A DNA stretch of 64,000 bases. Source: Bdellovibrionales bacterium. Lineage in GTDB: Bacteria > Bdellovibrionota > Bdellovibrionia > Bdellovibrionales > UBA1609. The notes beneath the pieces are model-generated. The model had not been told where the DNA came from. It made no database searches and saw only the letters and a program-made list of their open reading frames with translations. A program made the translations under genes and the position numbers. Shown one piece after another: positions 31,140 to 40,581 of this stretch; the stretch's first letter is position 1, and every line of letters begins with the position of its first letter. The stretch spans positions 274,168 through 338,167 of the forward strand of contig JAWLHR010000001.1 of NCBI GenBank assembly GCA_041690295.1, written 5' to 3'.

Positions 31140-31218
31140 ATCCTTCAGAGAGAGTGGAGGTATCGGTAATCAATCCGGCGCGCGTTTCGCGTCGTTTAAT
31201 TCTACGTGATCGGAGGTG
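31140..31218 (+). ncRNA. Candidate cis-regulatory RNA (SAM-I-like variant) in the polyamine gene leader
   Basis: CCTTC-AGAG-AGAGTGGAGG resembles the SAM-I 5' region; GC hairpin 31177-31195; CCTTC can pair with the SD GGAGG at 31212. Confidence 0.3.
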
Positions 31219-31222
31219 ACGG

Positions 31223-32491
31223 ATGAAAAATCAGAAAATCACGGAACGCGCTTTGATCGTGGGATACAATGGCGGCGTCGGTCAGGCGGTCCTCTCACTT
31301 CTGCAACACAGTCAGCCCGGCCGCCAGTTGCGCGACCGTTTTGAAACGATATTTCTCTTGGACAAAAATCCGGCGGCCTCAGTCGACCTTGCCAACGCGA
31401 AAATTTTGGAGCCGATGGTCATCGATAGCGCGGAAACGCTAGCTCGATTGATCCGGACACATGGAATCACCCAAGTCGTAGATTTTTCCTCCATCGACAC
31501 TGTTGATTGCGCCAGCGTTTGTGATCGGGAAGGTGCTGATTTTCTTTGTACCAGTGTTGAAGAATGGCCGGGACATGGAACCATGCCGACTGACGAAGCG
31601 ATCGCGCGTTTATTTCCTCCCCGCCGGCCCGAACTGAAGCAGCGGAGTCATTTAATCGGAAGCGGTGCCAATCCAGGTATTGTGAACGCAATGGTATACG
31701 CGGCCCTTGAGGAATTCGCCCGCCGAACCGGCGCGCAACCGACGACGGAAGACCTTGATTTACACTCGATCCTCATTACCGAAGTGGATACGACCACTGA
31801 AATCGGCGCGAAATACCCAGATAACGTATTCGCCATCACCTGGAGCCCCGCGCACTGTCTGGAAGAGCTTTTTGAGCGACGATCATTTTCCGTGCGAAAC
31901 GGCCGCTCGATCGACCTTGGCCATCGCCCCATTGAATGTTGGTATCAAGCGCGTTGCGGGGATCAGCTGATTGAGGGTATGGCTGTGCCGCACGAAGAAA
32001 CCGTCACTTTGGCGCGAAAATTTTCAAACGTGGAGATCGCGTTTATTTACCGCGTGCCCGAAGCCGCGCGCGTCGCGCTAGGCGCCCGCTCATATCGAGT
32101 CCCTATTGAAAAATGGCCGACCCGCCGACTGCATCCGCCGACCACTTCCAAGATCGAGGGCTTTGATCGCGTCGGCGTGCTCCTTTGCAGCCGCAAATAC
32201 GGCGAGCTTTGGATGGGGTTTGAAACCAATGTTTCAAAGGGACTGGAGCTGGGCACCAACGCCACTCAACTTCAGGTCGCCGCCGGCGTTCTTGCAGGTT
32301 GGCACCAACTTGGTCGGGTGAAGGGCATTCATTTCGTGGAAGATCTCGACTGGCGTGAGTTTCTCGAGATCTCCGCCGAGGTGCTCGGCTCCCCGATCGT
32401 GGTGCATGACCCAGACGCGCCGTACCTCCCGTTGTCCGAACGGGCTCAAAGCCGCTCTGGCGCGCAGCCCGTCGCCATCGGCGCGAAATAA
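31223..32491 (+). CDS. Homospermidine synthase-like / saccharopine dehydrogenase-family NAD-dependent enzyme
   Basis: Rossmann IVG.NGGVG, TSVEEW, GSGANPGIV, ITWSP, VPHEE, TNATQLQVAAGV. Confidence 0.75.
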   Translation: MKNQKITERALIVGYNGGVGQAVLSLLQHSQPGRQLRDRFETIFLLDKNPAASVDLANAKILEPMVIDSAETLARLIRTHGITQVVDFSSIDTVDCASVCDREGADFLCTSVEEWPGHGTMPTDEAIARLFPPRRPELKQRSHLIGSGANPGIVNAMVYAALEEFARRTGAQPTTEDLDLHSILITEVDTTTEIGAKYPDNVFAITWSPAHCLEELFERRSFSVRNGRSIDLGHRPIECWYQARCGDQLIEGMAVPHEETVTLARKFSNVEIAFIYRVPEAARVALGARSYRVPIEKWPTRRLHPPTTSKIEGFDRVGVLLCSRKYGELWMGFETNVSKGLELGTNATQLQVAAGVLAGWHQLGRVKGIHFVEDLDWREFLEISAEVLGSPIVVHDPDAPYLPLSERAQSRSGAQPVAIGAK

Positions 32492-32529
32492 CGCGGGCTT
32501 TTTTCCGCTTTACTCCTGTCCGTAAAAAA

Positions 32530-32576
32530 TTCCGGCCAAGGTCCGATTCTGGACCTTGACAAAATTTTCGCCGGAA
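32530..32576. repeat. Nested inverted repeat overlapping a TTGACA -35 box
   Basis: TTCCGGC-CAAGGTCC-gattct-GGACCTTG-...-GCCGGAA. Confidence 0.6.
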
Positions 32577-32655
32577 TCATTTTTCGCCTTAGAAATCAGG
32601 GAAACGACATAACCCTTTTCATTTAAGAGAAATTTTGAATGAGGAGGTGTTACTG

Positions 32656-33057
32656 ATGTTTTTCGATGATCTTTTTCTCGCCTTCCATGGGTTTCAACCC
32701 TCGGATATCACCCGCTCATATTTGCACGATAAAATGAACGCGCTTCAGAATGAGGCGCCCTACGGTTCAAATTTAAAAGCGACGTTCACCAGACGGGATA
32801 ACCTCTATCAAGGTGTGATCACCATTTATTCTTCCGCGGGAAGATTCTTCGCCGCGGCCTCCGGGGAAAAAATAAAAGAGGTGACCCGCAAGTTGATTGA
32901 GCAGATCAGAACGCAACTCAATCGTTGGAAAAAGCAGAGGTTTCATTGTGAGTATTTTGACTTTACTCCGTTTGGTGGCCGACCCGACTTGACAGATGAT
33001 TCCGCGACTACAGATTTAGGGTGTAACCAACAAACCTTTAAGGAGGTAAGACAATGA
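32656..33057 (+). CDS. HPF/RaiA-fold-like protein
   Basis: GAGGAGG SD; paralog of 19939..20232; ATGA-coupled to hsp20. Confidence 0.5.
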   Translation: MFFDDLFLAFHGFQPSDITRSYLHDKMNALQNEAPYGSNLKATFTRRDNLYQGVITIYSSAGRFFAAASGEKIKEVTRKLIEQIRTQLNRWKKQRFHCEYFDFTPFGGRPDLTDDSATTDLGCNQQTFKEVRQ

Positions 33058-33587
33058 GAATGTTAACGCCGTTTTGGTCAACTCGCAGTCTCGCTTCCGA
33101 TCTCTTCGATGAAATGGACCGCTTCTTTGACGAATGGAACTTCGCGAATTCACCGGCGAGAGAGCTTGATGGCCGATCCATCTTGCCCGCGTTCGAGACG
33201 ACGGAAGCCGACGACCACTTTCTGATGAGCGTGGATCTGCCTGGCGTAAAGAAAGAGGACATCAAAATTGAAGTGACCGACAACGTCCTCACCGTTTCAG
33301 GCGAACGCAAACGTGAAGTCGCCGAGAAAGGCCAGACCGTTCAGAAGTTCGGCAAGGCTTACGGCTACTTCAAACGGAGCTTCACACTTCCCGCTTCGGT
33401 GGATTCGGAAAAGGTTGAAGCCCGGTACGAAGATGGGGTTCTTGAGGTTTACTTGCCCAAGACCCAGGCCGCGAAAACCCGGCAAATCGAAATTCAGTCG
33501 GGTAAAGGCGGAATTTTTGGAAAGCTTTTGGGTTCAAGAAAAAACAATCAAGAACTCAAAGACGTCTCGTCACCTAAGGTCTCTTAA
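33054..33587 (+). CDS. Small heat-shock protein Hsp20
   Basis: DLPGVKKEDI, YGYFKRSFTLP, ARYEDGVLEVYLPK. Confidence 0.95.
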   Translation: MRMLTPFWSTRSLASDLFDEMDRFFDEWNFANSPARELDGRSILPAFETTEADDHFLMSVDLPGVKKEDIKIEVTDNVLTVSGERKREVAEKGQTVQKFGKAYGYFKRSFTLPASVDSEKVEARYEDGVLEVYLPKTQAAKTRQIEIQSGKGGIFGKLLGSRKNNQELKDVSSPKVS

Positions 33588-33612
33588 CACCCTCCGAACC
33601 CTACCCACCTTT

Positions 33613-33650
33613 AACCCTGCGGAATCCCCCTCCGCAGGGTTTCGTTTTTT
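33613..33650 (+). terminator. Rho-independent terminator
   Basis: AACCCTGCGGA-loop-TCCGCAGGGTT followed by a T-rich tract. Confidence 0.85.
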
Positions 33651-33717
33651 CAATTCTCAATTTTGCACAAGCCATATGAGATCGAAGTCCACCTGAACAC
33701 TGGCCACGGATTCTTCC

Positions 33718-34815
33718 TCATTCGTTTGTCATTAGGACCTTCAGGACATTCTCTTTCATCGCATCACCAAACACATCATAGGCCTTCATCGTCTCCGCCA
33801 GGTTGAAGTGGTGGGTGATCAATGATTTGGGTTGAATTTTTCCCGCTTGCACCACCTTCAACAGGAGCGGGATGGTTTCGGTATCCACCAAGCGAGTGGT
33901 CATTGTAATGTTCTTGGACCAAAGATCCCGCAGTTTAAGTTCAACACTTGTTCCGTGAACACCAATGTTCGCGATGTGGCCTCCTGGAGCCACGATCTGT
34001 TGGCAATAATCAAATGTTTCCGGCACTCCAACGGCCTCGATGGCCACATCCACACCTCGTCCATTGGTGATGGATCGGATTCTTTCAACGATGTTTCCCT
34101 GGCGACTGTTCAAAGTCGCCGTGGCTCCCAATTTCTTGGCCACACCTAACCGGTAATCATCAATGTCAGCCATGATGATCTCGGCCGGTGAATAAAACTG
34201 GCAGGTCAACAATGCGGCAAGGCCGATCGGGCCGGCTCCGATGATCGCCACGGTATCGCCAGGCTTCACCCTTCCATTCAAAACGCCGCATTCATAACCG
34301 GTCGGTAAGATATCACTCAACATCGTTAGGGCTTCTTCATCCGCTCCAATGGGTACGTGATAGAGACTCGTATCGGCGTAGGGAATTCTCACGTATTCAG
34401 CTTGAGTCCCGTCGATGAGATGGCCCAAAAGCCAGCCGCCATTTTCGCATTGGGAATACATCGCCCGCCGGCAATATTCGCAGCGCCCATCAGCGGTGAT
34501 ACACGAGATCAGCACTCGGTCTCCCACTTTGAAATTAAATACCGCATCACCGACTTCCTCAACGATCCCGACACCCTCATGACCTAAAACAGTGCCAGGT
34601 TTCACATCGGAGACGTCACCCTTCATGATGTGAAGATCCGTGCCACAGATGGTTGTTTTCACTACTTTAAGAACCGCATCCGTCGGTTGTTGAATCGTCG
34701 GCTTCGGCTTCTTTTTCCAGCTTCTCTTTCCTGGCCCGTCATAAACAAGTGCCCACATCTCTTCATGAGTTTGAGACCTGACCGTATCAGTTGTTTGAAC
34801 TTTCTCGTGCTGCAT
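33718..34815 (-). CDS. Zinc-dependent alcohol dehydrogenase (MDR family)
   Basis: ICGTDLH, GHEGVG, structural Zn Cys cluster, LSDILPTG, GAGPIG. Confidence 0.93.
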   Translation of the reverse strand: MQHEKVQTTDTVRSQTHEEMWALVYDGPGKRSWKKKPKPTIQQPTDAVLKVVKTTICGTDLHIMKGDVSDVKPGTVLGHEGVGIVEEVGDAVFNFKVGDRVLISCITADGRCEYCRRAMYSQCENGGWLLGHLIDGTQAEYVRIPYADTSLYHVPIGADEEALTMLSDILPTGYECGVLNGRVKPGDTVAIIGAGPIGLAALLTCQFYSPAEIIMADIDDYRLGVAKKLGATATLNSRQGNIVERIRSITNGRGVDVAIEAVGVPETFDYCQQIVAPGGHIANIGVHGTSVELKLRDLWSKNITMTTRLVDTETIPLLLKVVQAGKIQPKSLITHHFNLAETMKAYDVFGDAMKENVLKVLMTNE

Positions 34816-34843
34816 AGTTACCTCACTATTTGGAGCTTAAGGT

Positions 34844-34859
34844 AGCAATGCCAGTGCCA
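34844..34859 (-). promoter_or_regulatory. Sigma-54 -24/-12 promoter candidate
   Basis: Consensus TGGCAC-TGGCA-TTGCT upstream of the ADH gene. Confidence 0.7.
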
Positions 34860-34879
34860 ATCCTGTTATATGCTGACTC

Positions 34880-35797
34880 ATGTCTGAGCAGGTTTTCTCG
34901 CTCGATAGAATTCAATGGCCCTTCCGTCTTGATCTCACGGCCTGGGCTCTTCGCCGCAAAGCTGTAAACGAAGTTGATCAATGGGACGGAGAAACTTACT
35001 CCAGGGTCATTGTTGAACGCGACGAACCGGTCATGATCAAAATCACCCAATCCGAAAACCGACTTCAAGTTAAGGCGATCAGCGATGGTAAAATCAAAAA
35101 TATAAAATCCAAAATCGGTCCTATCGTCGAACGTATGCTTGGATTGAATGTCGATCTTCGAAAATTCTACCGGCTGGCGAAAAACGACGAGAAGCTCAGC
35201 GCGCTCACATCCCGTTTTCTGGGATTAAAGCCTCCTCGCTTCCCAAGCGTTTTTGAGGCGATTGTCAATGGGATCGCCTGCCAGCAACTGAGTCTCCATG
35301 TCGGCCTCATCCTTTTAAACCGCCTGGCCACCAAATGCGGTCTTGCGATCGAAAACTCCCAACACTCTTTTCCCCGGCCGGAATGCCTCAAACACCTCTC
35401 ACCCGCGCAATTTCGTAAGCTCGGTTTCAGCCATAGCAAAGCCTTGGCGATCAAAAACCTCGCGCGCGTTTATGATCACTCCCTCAAGCCAGACCGCCTT
35501 GAGGAACTGAATGACGACAAGGCCCTTGTTCGACTTGAACAGCTCAGAGGTGTCGGCCGATGGACCGCGGAATATGTTCTTCTTCGGGGATTGGGCCGCC
35601 TGAATGTTTTTCCCGGCGATGATGTCGGCGCACGATCCAAGCTCAAACGCTGGCTTGGTCTAAGAAAGGATTTGGACTATATACGTGTTAAGAAGGTTCT
35701 TGAGCGATGGCAACCGTTCGCCGGCCTTATCTACTTTCACCTCCTGCTCGATGGCCTGGAAAAGGAGGGCTATCTGAATTCCCCGCCCGATAAGTAG
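34880..35797 (+). CDS. alkA: DNA-3-methyladenine glycosylase II (AlkA/HhH-GPD family)
   Basis: FEAIV..IACQQLS, LRGVGRWTAEYVLLRGLG...FPGDD. Confidence 0.88.
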   Translation: MSEQVFSLDRIQWPFRLDLTAWALRRKAVNEVDQWDGETYSRVIVERDEPVMIKITQSENRLQVKAISDGKIKNIKSKIGPIVERMLGLNVDLRKFYRLAKNDEKLSALTSRFLGLKPPRFPSVFEAIVNGIACQQLSLHVGLILLNRLATKCGLAIENSQHSFPRPECLKHLSPAQFRKLGFSHSKALAIKNLARVYDHSLKPDRLEELNDDKALVRLEQLRGVGRWTAEYVLLRGLGRLNVFPGDDVGARSKLKRWLGLRKDLDYIRVKKVLERWQPFAGLIYFHLLLDGLEKEGYLNSPPDK

Positions 35798-35927
35798 CTT
35801 TTATAAAACGAAACAAAGGCCTTTTCGGTATAAGTGAGTTTCTTGGAAAGGGGCAGGGCCAGCGTGATTTGATTCATCAGCGGTTTCTTATCAGTCGCAA
35901 TCTACAGAGATTTGTCTTTCGCAACGC

Positions 35928-36659
35928 TCATACAAAAGAAAATTCTCCTAACGCAAGCATCAGCGAATACCTAGACACATCAACGGATGGCGAGAATGCG
36001 GTATCGATCTCCGATTGTCGAAGGTGTGTACGGTATAAAGTTCTTAGGTCTTCCTTCAATCGTTCTGCATTTTGGGGAGGCAGTCTCAACAAACTAATCT
36101 TGATTTCCTTAAAGTCATCGCCAGAAGAAGAGCTTTGGAGCTTATCTAGAAAGGTATGCGCAAGTTTGTAGGTAATTTGTGACTTGAGAATCCCCTCGGT
36201 TGCAATATTTAAAAGGCGGCCATGGATTAGCTCGACTCGATTTCCTTCGTGAAGACGAATCAAATCAACATCGTCTAAAGCCTTCAAATACTTCCAAAGC
36301 CGGTCTTTTTCGATTCTGAAGTCGGCATTCGCTTTTTGTACATCACCGTTTTCCTCAGAAAGCCTTAGAAAGAAAACGAACAATTCCGGATTCTTGAGAA
36401 ATAACATCTGCTGCTTTGGGTTTGGTTTAAGCTCTCGAATTGGTCTCGATTTGGCGGCGTCGATTACACTATCAACCGATACACCCAGGACTTCGCAAAT
36501 CTTTGAAAGGCGATTGAATGAAATGTCTGAGGCTTGAAACTGTTTCTTTATTGCGGCCTCTGTGAGCCCAAGGCGCTGGCCTAATTTCTTGTAGGTAATT
36601 TTCTGCTTTTTCAACGCTGCTTTAAGAGTGCGTAAAATGAGAAGGCTATTCACTATCAC
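35928..36659 (-). CDS. XRE-family HTH transcriptional regulator
   Basis: LKAALKKQKITYKKLGQRLGLTEAAIKKQF HTH; YLKALDDVDLIRLHEGN second domain. Confidence 0.85.
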   Translation of the reverse strand: MIVNSLLILRTLKAALKKQKITYKKLGQRLGLTEAAIKKQFQASDISFNRLSKICEVLGVSVDSVIDAAKSRPIRELKPNPKQQMLFLKNPELFVFFLRLSEENGDVQKANADFRIEKDRLWKYLKALDDVDLIRLHEGNRVELIHGRLLNIATEGILKSQITYKLAHTFLDKLQSSSSGDDFKEIKISLLRLPPQNAERLKEDLRTLYRTHLRQSEIDTAFSPSVDVSRYSLMLALGEFSFV

Positions 36660-36728
36660 CTCTATTAAATCACTTGAGATAAATTTGGTAATCTTTCCTA
36701 ATCGAAATAGACAATGTTTTCAACATTG

Positions 36729-36745
36729 GGATAACGATATTATCC
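36729..36745. promoter_or_regulatory. Palindromic operator candidate
   Basis: GGATAA-N5-TTATCC between the divergent XRE and secreted-protein genes. Confidence 0.45.
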
Positions 36746-36762
36746 AATTTAGGGAGGGTTAT

Positions 36763-37269
36763 ATGGTTTGGATACTTCCAATCTTCGGTATATTGATTTC
36801 TGTGATTTGCATGGCTCAACCAAACGTTCGTAGTGGCACCGGTCCACTAAAGCCAACATGTGAGCAGGACGGCGTAGTTACATACTGCCCGCCATACGAT
36901 GTTGCTGTGATGGCTATGACTGGCTTCGAGCAGTGGAACTGCTTAAATCAGCTAGAGCAACATTCAGCTTCACCAGACAGCGCAGACCTTCGAAATTGTT
37001 TTCTACAACCGAGATTAATCGATTACTTCGATCAACTAGAGTTAATGCGTGTGCCTAAGAGCTGCCTTCACCGGAAGGTTGAAGACTGCTCGAAAACTGG
37101 ATCCGATGGTTCCTGCAGTCCAGCTCCGTGCGGATTTTTGGGGAATTTTTTGAGTGATTTAAGGGAAAGAGGCTGGGACAGGCTCTTCACAGAACAGGAC
37201 GGAAAAAATGCCTGTGAGACCCTGATCAGACGAGAGCAGCGCGGAGCTTCGAACGCGGGAAGCATTTGA
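36763..37269 (+). CDS. Secreted Cys-rich hypothetical protein
   Basis: GGGAGG SD, signal peptide, multiple Cys. Confidence 0.65.
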   Translation: MVWILPIFGILISVICMAQPNVRSGTGPLKPTCEQDGVVTYCPPYDVAVMAMTGFEQWNCLNQLEQHSASPDSADLRNCFLQPRLIDYFDQLELMRVPKSCLHRKVEDCSKTGSDGSCSPAPCGFLGNFLSDLRERGWDRLFTEQDGKNACETLIRREQRGASNAGSI

Positions 37270-37570
37270 GAAGCAAAAAAGAAGCATACTCACGAAATTT
37301 TGCGAAATTCGGTGAAAGATTCGGCCAGCGGTCCTCAGACCCTGGTTTGTGGTTTCAACTACTTGTCTTGATTGCTCTTCTTGACGACTGGCTTCGGTGG
37401 CCTAACGAATAATGGCGGGCACGGATAGATGACTTTATAACCGAGTGCCTCGCCTTGGCTGGTTAGTAGCGATATAATTGAGTTCGAGCCAAGGACGACG
37501 AAACAGTATCGAACCATCGAGCAACTTTGAATTCGACCGAGATGGTGCGATTCGCTCAAAGGTAGGAAAA

Positions 37571-38668
37571 ATGGCAACCTTCGGTCCAGAAGAGTTTGGG
37601 ACAAAAAGCGGAAGATGCGTGGTCTTTCGCCATTGCGAAGTTGAGGACGTCGACGCATTTCTCGCTTTCCAACCCCAAGTCGCCGCAGAGACCTCGAATA
37701 CTCTTCAGGTAGTAGGGCGCATCCCCGAGCGAGCCAAGATCGAGGCGGCGTGGCAGACCTCGATCCAAGATCCGATTGCCCTTCGAATCGGGGTTTTCGC
37801 CGAAAATCGGATGGTGGCACAACTCGGATTTCATCCGGAAGGGCAACCCCCTCACCCCTGGACCCGGCATATTGGGCGGTTCGGGATGATGATCCTGAAA
37901 GAATATTGGGGCGAAGGTATTGGTCGTAGATTGCTGGAGATTATGGAAGCACACGCAAAGAACTGTGGCATCACTCGTATTGAGGCGATGGTTCGAACCC
38001 AGAACGATCGTGGCGTGAAGCTGTATAGAAGGATGGGCTATCAAATCGAAGGTACACGGAGGCAAGCCGCGCTGATCGAAGGGACGTTTCAGGATGAATA
38101 TTTCATCTCCAAATTGCTAGATGCCGCCAATGAATGGCGTCCGCCATGTCTTGAGACGGACCGACTGATCCTTCGCGCGCTGGAGCTTCCCGATGCGCCC
38201 GCCATTTTTGAATACGCCAGTAACCCTAGGGTGAGGCAGTACACGCTGTGGGAGCCTCATCAAACAGTCAAAGATTCTGAGTCCTATGTGCTGGACTACG
38301 CTCATGACTACTATCGAGATCACACTCCCGAGCCCTGGGGTATCGCTCTGAAATCAGATCCCAAAAAGATCATCGGCACTGTTGGACTTTTCTGGGTGTC
38401 GAAAAACGCGAAATCCATGGAGCTAGCCTACGCGATTGGCGAACCCCATTGGGGAAAGGGAATCGTGGTCGAAGCCTCCCGCGCTGCCATCGAGTATGTT
38501 CAGCGGGAATTCGGTGCCATTCGAATCCAAGCCCGGTGCAAAGTCGAGAATCGCGCGAGTGCCCGAGTGATGGAAAAGCTTGGTATGCAGCATGAAGGAA
38601 CACTTAAATCCGCGCTCTTTCACCGTGGACGGCATTGGGACATGCATTACTACGCTATTGTTCGATAA
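37571..38668 (+). CDS. Tandem GNAT acetyltransferase (GNAT + RimJ/RimL-like)
   Basis: YWGEGIG and HWGKGIV acetyl-CoA loops; LETDRLILR; ENRASARVMEKLGM. Confidence 0.9.
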   Translation: MATFGPEEFGTKSGRCVVFRHCEVEDVDAFLAFQPQVAAETSNTLQVVGRIPERAKIEAAWQTSIQDPIALRIGVFAENRMVAQLGFHPEGQPPHPWTRHIGRFGMMILKEYWGEGIGRRLLEIMEAHAKNCGITRIEAMVRTQNDRGVKLYRRMGYQIEGTRRQAALIEGTFQDEYFISKLLDAANEWRPPCLETDRLILRALELPDAPAIFEYASNPRVRQYTLWEPHQTVKDSESYVLDYAHDYYRDHTPEPWGIALKSDPKKIIGTVGLFWVSKNAKSMELAYAIGEPHWGKGIVVEASRAAIEYVQREFGAIRIQARCKVENRASARVMEKLGMQHEGTLKSALFHRGRHWDMHYYAIVR

Positions 38669-38690
38669 GAGTCTAAAGACAGATCAAAAT

Positions 38691-38781
38691 TGGCGGAGAG
38701 GGTGAGATTCGAACTCACGAGACTGTTTTGCAGTCTACTCGATTTCGAATCGAGCGCCTTCGGCCACTCGGCCACCTCTCC
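38691..38781 (-). tRNA. tRNA-Ser(CGA)
   Basis: GGAGAGG/CCTCTCC acceptor stem, G discriminator, encoded CCA, anticodon arm CTCGA-TTCGAAA-TCGAG, long variable arm, GTTCGAATC T-loop. Confidence 0.97.
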
Positions 38782-38866
38782 GTCTCTGAGATCTTAAAGG
38801 TTCTGATAGCATCAAATTGCCTGCCGCGACAATTCTAAAATGCGATGCAGCGACAGGCGGTTACCC

Positions 38867-40486
38867 CTAACGGCAGCCGATAAGTTCGCCCAGGCGGCAC
38901 TTTATTGTCATTCGTTCAGTTATGCGTTTCCAAATGTCCGTGTGCTGACTGTTGATCTGGGCGGCGACATAGGGCCGGGACCCTCCTAGCCGTCTTCGGC
39001 GCGGATCGCGGGATCCGCCTGGCAAGAATCTTCGTAAATCCAAACTATTTGCATCCCCCGCCACCGCACGACGAGTCCCTCGCTGATCCGCACCCAAATC
39101 ATCAACCGATAAAGAGCCGACGGATGGGCTTTGCGCTCCGGACGGTGAGGCTCCTTGAAAGCCTTTTAAGACATCGGTCGTATACCCCGGCACGCCGAAT
39201 GAGCCGGTTGTACGTCCGCCGCCACCACCAACACCGGCCTGCACCACTTGCGCGCCCGTACCAGGGATCGCGCCGCCGGTGTTATTGCTCACCGGATTCA
39301 CCTTGTTTCTACCGTTGGTTTTGTCGGCACCGTCCTTGGCGACGTTGAACTGTGTCTTCGGTTTGTCGCCGGTATCAGGAAGATTGAATGAAACATCTCG
39401 CGCGGAACGGGTTCCAGTTTGAAATCCCGCGTGTCCCTTGACTGGTTGGTTCGCTTCCTTAATGGCGACTTGGGCTCGCGAATCAATAACCGGTCCCATG
39501 TAGACGGGGTTCGATCGCGTCGGAGAAACACTCCCGCCGCCAGGCGCTCCACCACTGGTTCCAGGATTCGGCGCCGCCGCGGTCGATTGCGTACAGTAAG
39601 TGGCATAAGCGGCGTTATATCCCGTGGACACGCCCGACATCGCCGCGTAATTGGCTCTCGATCCGTAATCAGCGCAGGCGTCAGCAAGAACATAAAGTTT
39701 GATCGCGGTTTCATCACCCTCGTAATAATTCTCGGCTAAAGCTTCACAAGTCGCCCGACAGGTACTTTGCGCAACCGCGCAAGAAGCGGCGTAGGCCATA
39801 TTCGTTCGACCAGCCAGATCGGTGAGCTGGTCCATGCGCCGGCAATATTCGTTAAGGCCCATTCCGTTTTGATCCGGAGATGTGCTTGAGAGTCTTCGAA
39901 GCTCATTCATGTCGGCTGAACTTGCTCCTGAGGCCATGCAAGCATTAAAGGCGTTCGATTCCAATCGCCGACACGACATCAGATCCGCTTCCGGATCAGC
40001 TGCGGTTGCCGATGGGGATGGTAAATCCGTACTTGGTTTTTCAGCGACTTTAGAATCTTTTTTCTCTTCCTTGTCTTTATCCGCCGTTTTGTCTTTATCG
40101 GACGCCGGCTTTTTCTTGGGTACAGGAGGTTTTTTATCCGGTGTCACCGGGTCGTCATCGGCGTCATTCCCTCCACCAGCGGTGTAAAGCGTGACTGGTT
40201 TATCCAAGCCGGCCTGCTTTCGGCATTTTTCGACCGAGGATTCAGGCAACGGATAATTGGCATTGTCCTGTTCGCAATGTAAAGCCTCCGTCGTCTCCGG
40301 CGACCCGTCGTCGATCACTTTATCCGGGCCCTTTTCAGCCAAACTCCAACAGGCATCGGAAATTTTCCGTTGCATCTCGTCCCGCAAATTTTTGAGACAT
40401 TGCAAATAGACTTGTTGAGCATCGGCGGCCCAGGCTGAAATTGGAAAAACCAGCGCGAACAAAAGCAAGAGCTTATGGGGGGTCAT
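38867..40486 (-). CDS. Secreted Cys-rich/low-complexity hypothetical protein
   Basis: Signal peptide AWA; Lys/Asp-rich linker; Cys-rich helical middle; Gly-rich tail. Confidence 0.75.
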   Translation of the reverse strand: MTPHKLLLLFALVFPISAWAADAQQVYLQCLKNLRDEMQRKISDACWSLAEKGPDKVIDDGSPETTEALHCEQDNANYPLPESSVEKCRKQAGLDKPVTLYTAGGGNDADDDPVTPDKKPPVPKKKPASDKDKTADKDKEEKKDSKVAEKPSTDLPSPSATAADPEADLMSCRRLESNAFNACMASGASSADMNELRRLSSTSPDQNGMGLNEYCRRMDQLTDLAGRTNMAYAASCAVAQSTCRATCEALAENYYEGDETAIKLYVLADACADYGSRANYAAMSGVSTGYNAAYATYCTQSTAAAPNPGTSGGAPGGGSVSPTRSNPVYMGPVIDSRAQVAIKEANQPVKGHAGFQTGTRSARDVSFNLPDTGDKPKTQFNVAKDGADKTNGRNKVNPVSNNTGGAIPGTGAQVVQAGVGGGGGRTTGSFGVPGYTTDVLKGFQGASPSGAQSPSVGSLSVDDLGADQRGTRRAVAGDANSLDLRRFLPGGSRDPRRRRLGGSRPYVAAQINSQHTDIWKRITERMTIKCRLGELIGCR

Positions 40487-40538
40487 ATTGTTCTATCTTA
40501 AGACAGCACTAATGAAACACCGCAAAAAATAATGATGA

Positions 40539-40555
40539 TGTCTCAATTTGAGACA
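40539..40555. promoter_or_regulatory. Perfect 17-bp palindrome TGTCTCAA-T-TTGAGACA
   Basis: Intergenic, ~55 nt upstream of the 40486 start. Confidence 0.55.
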
Positions 40556-40581
40556 AACAAAATTAGTTTTTCACGAGATCT

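Noticed and set aside
32492..32655. CIRCE element upstream of hsp20
   Set aside because: TTAGCACTC-N9-GAGTGCTAA is not present
37359..37820. 153-aa minus-strand ORF
   Set aside because: Mostly antisense to the GNAT gene, no recognisable motif; a ~52-aa tail ORF cannot be supported
38691..38720. tRNA-Ser as attB of an integrated element
   Set aside because: No duplicate of the tRNA 3' end and no integrase found in the window
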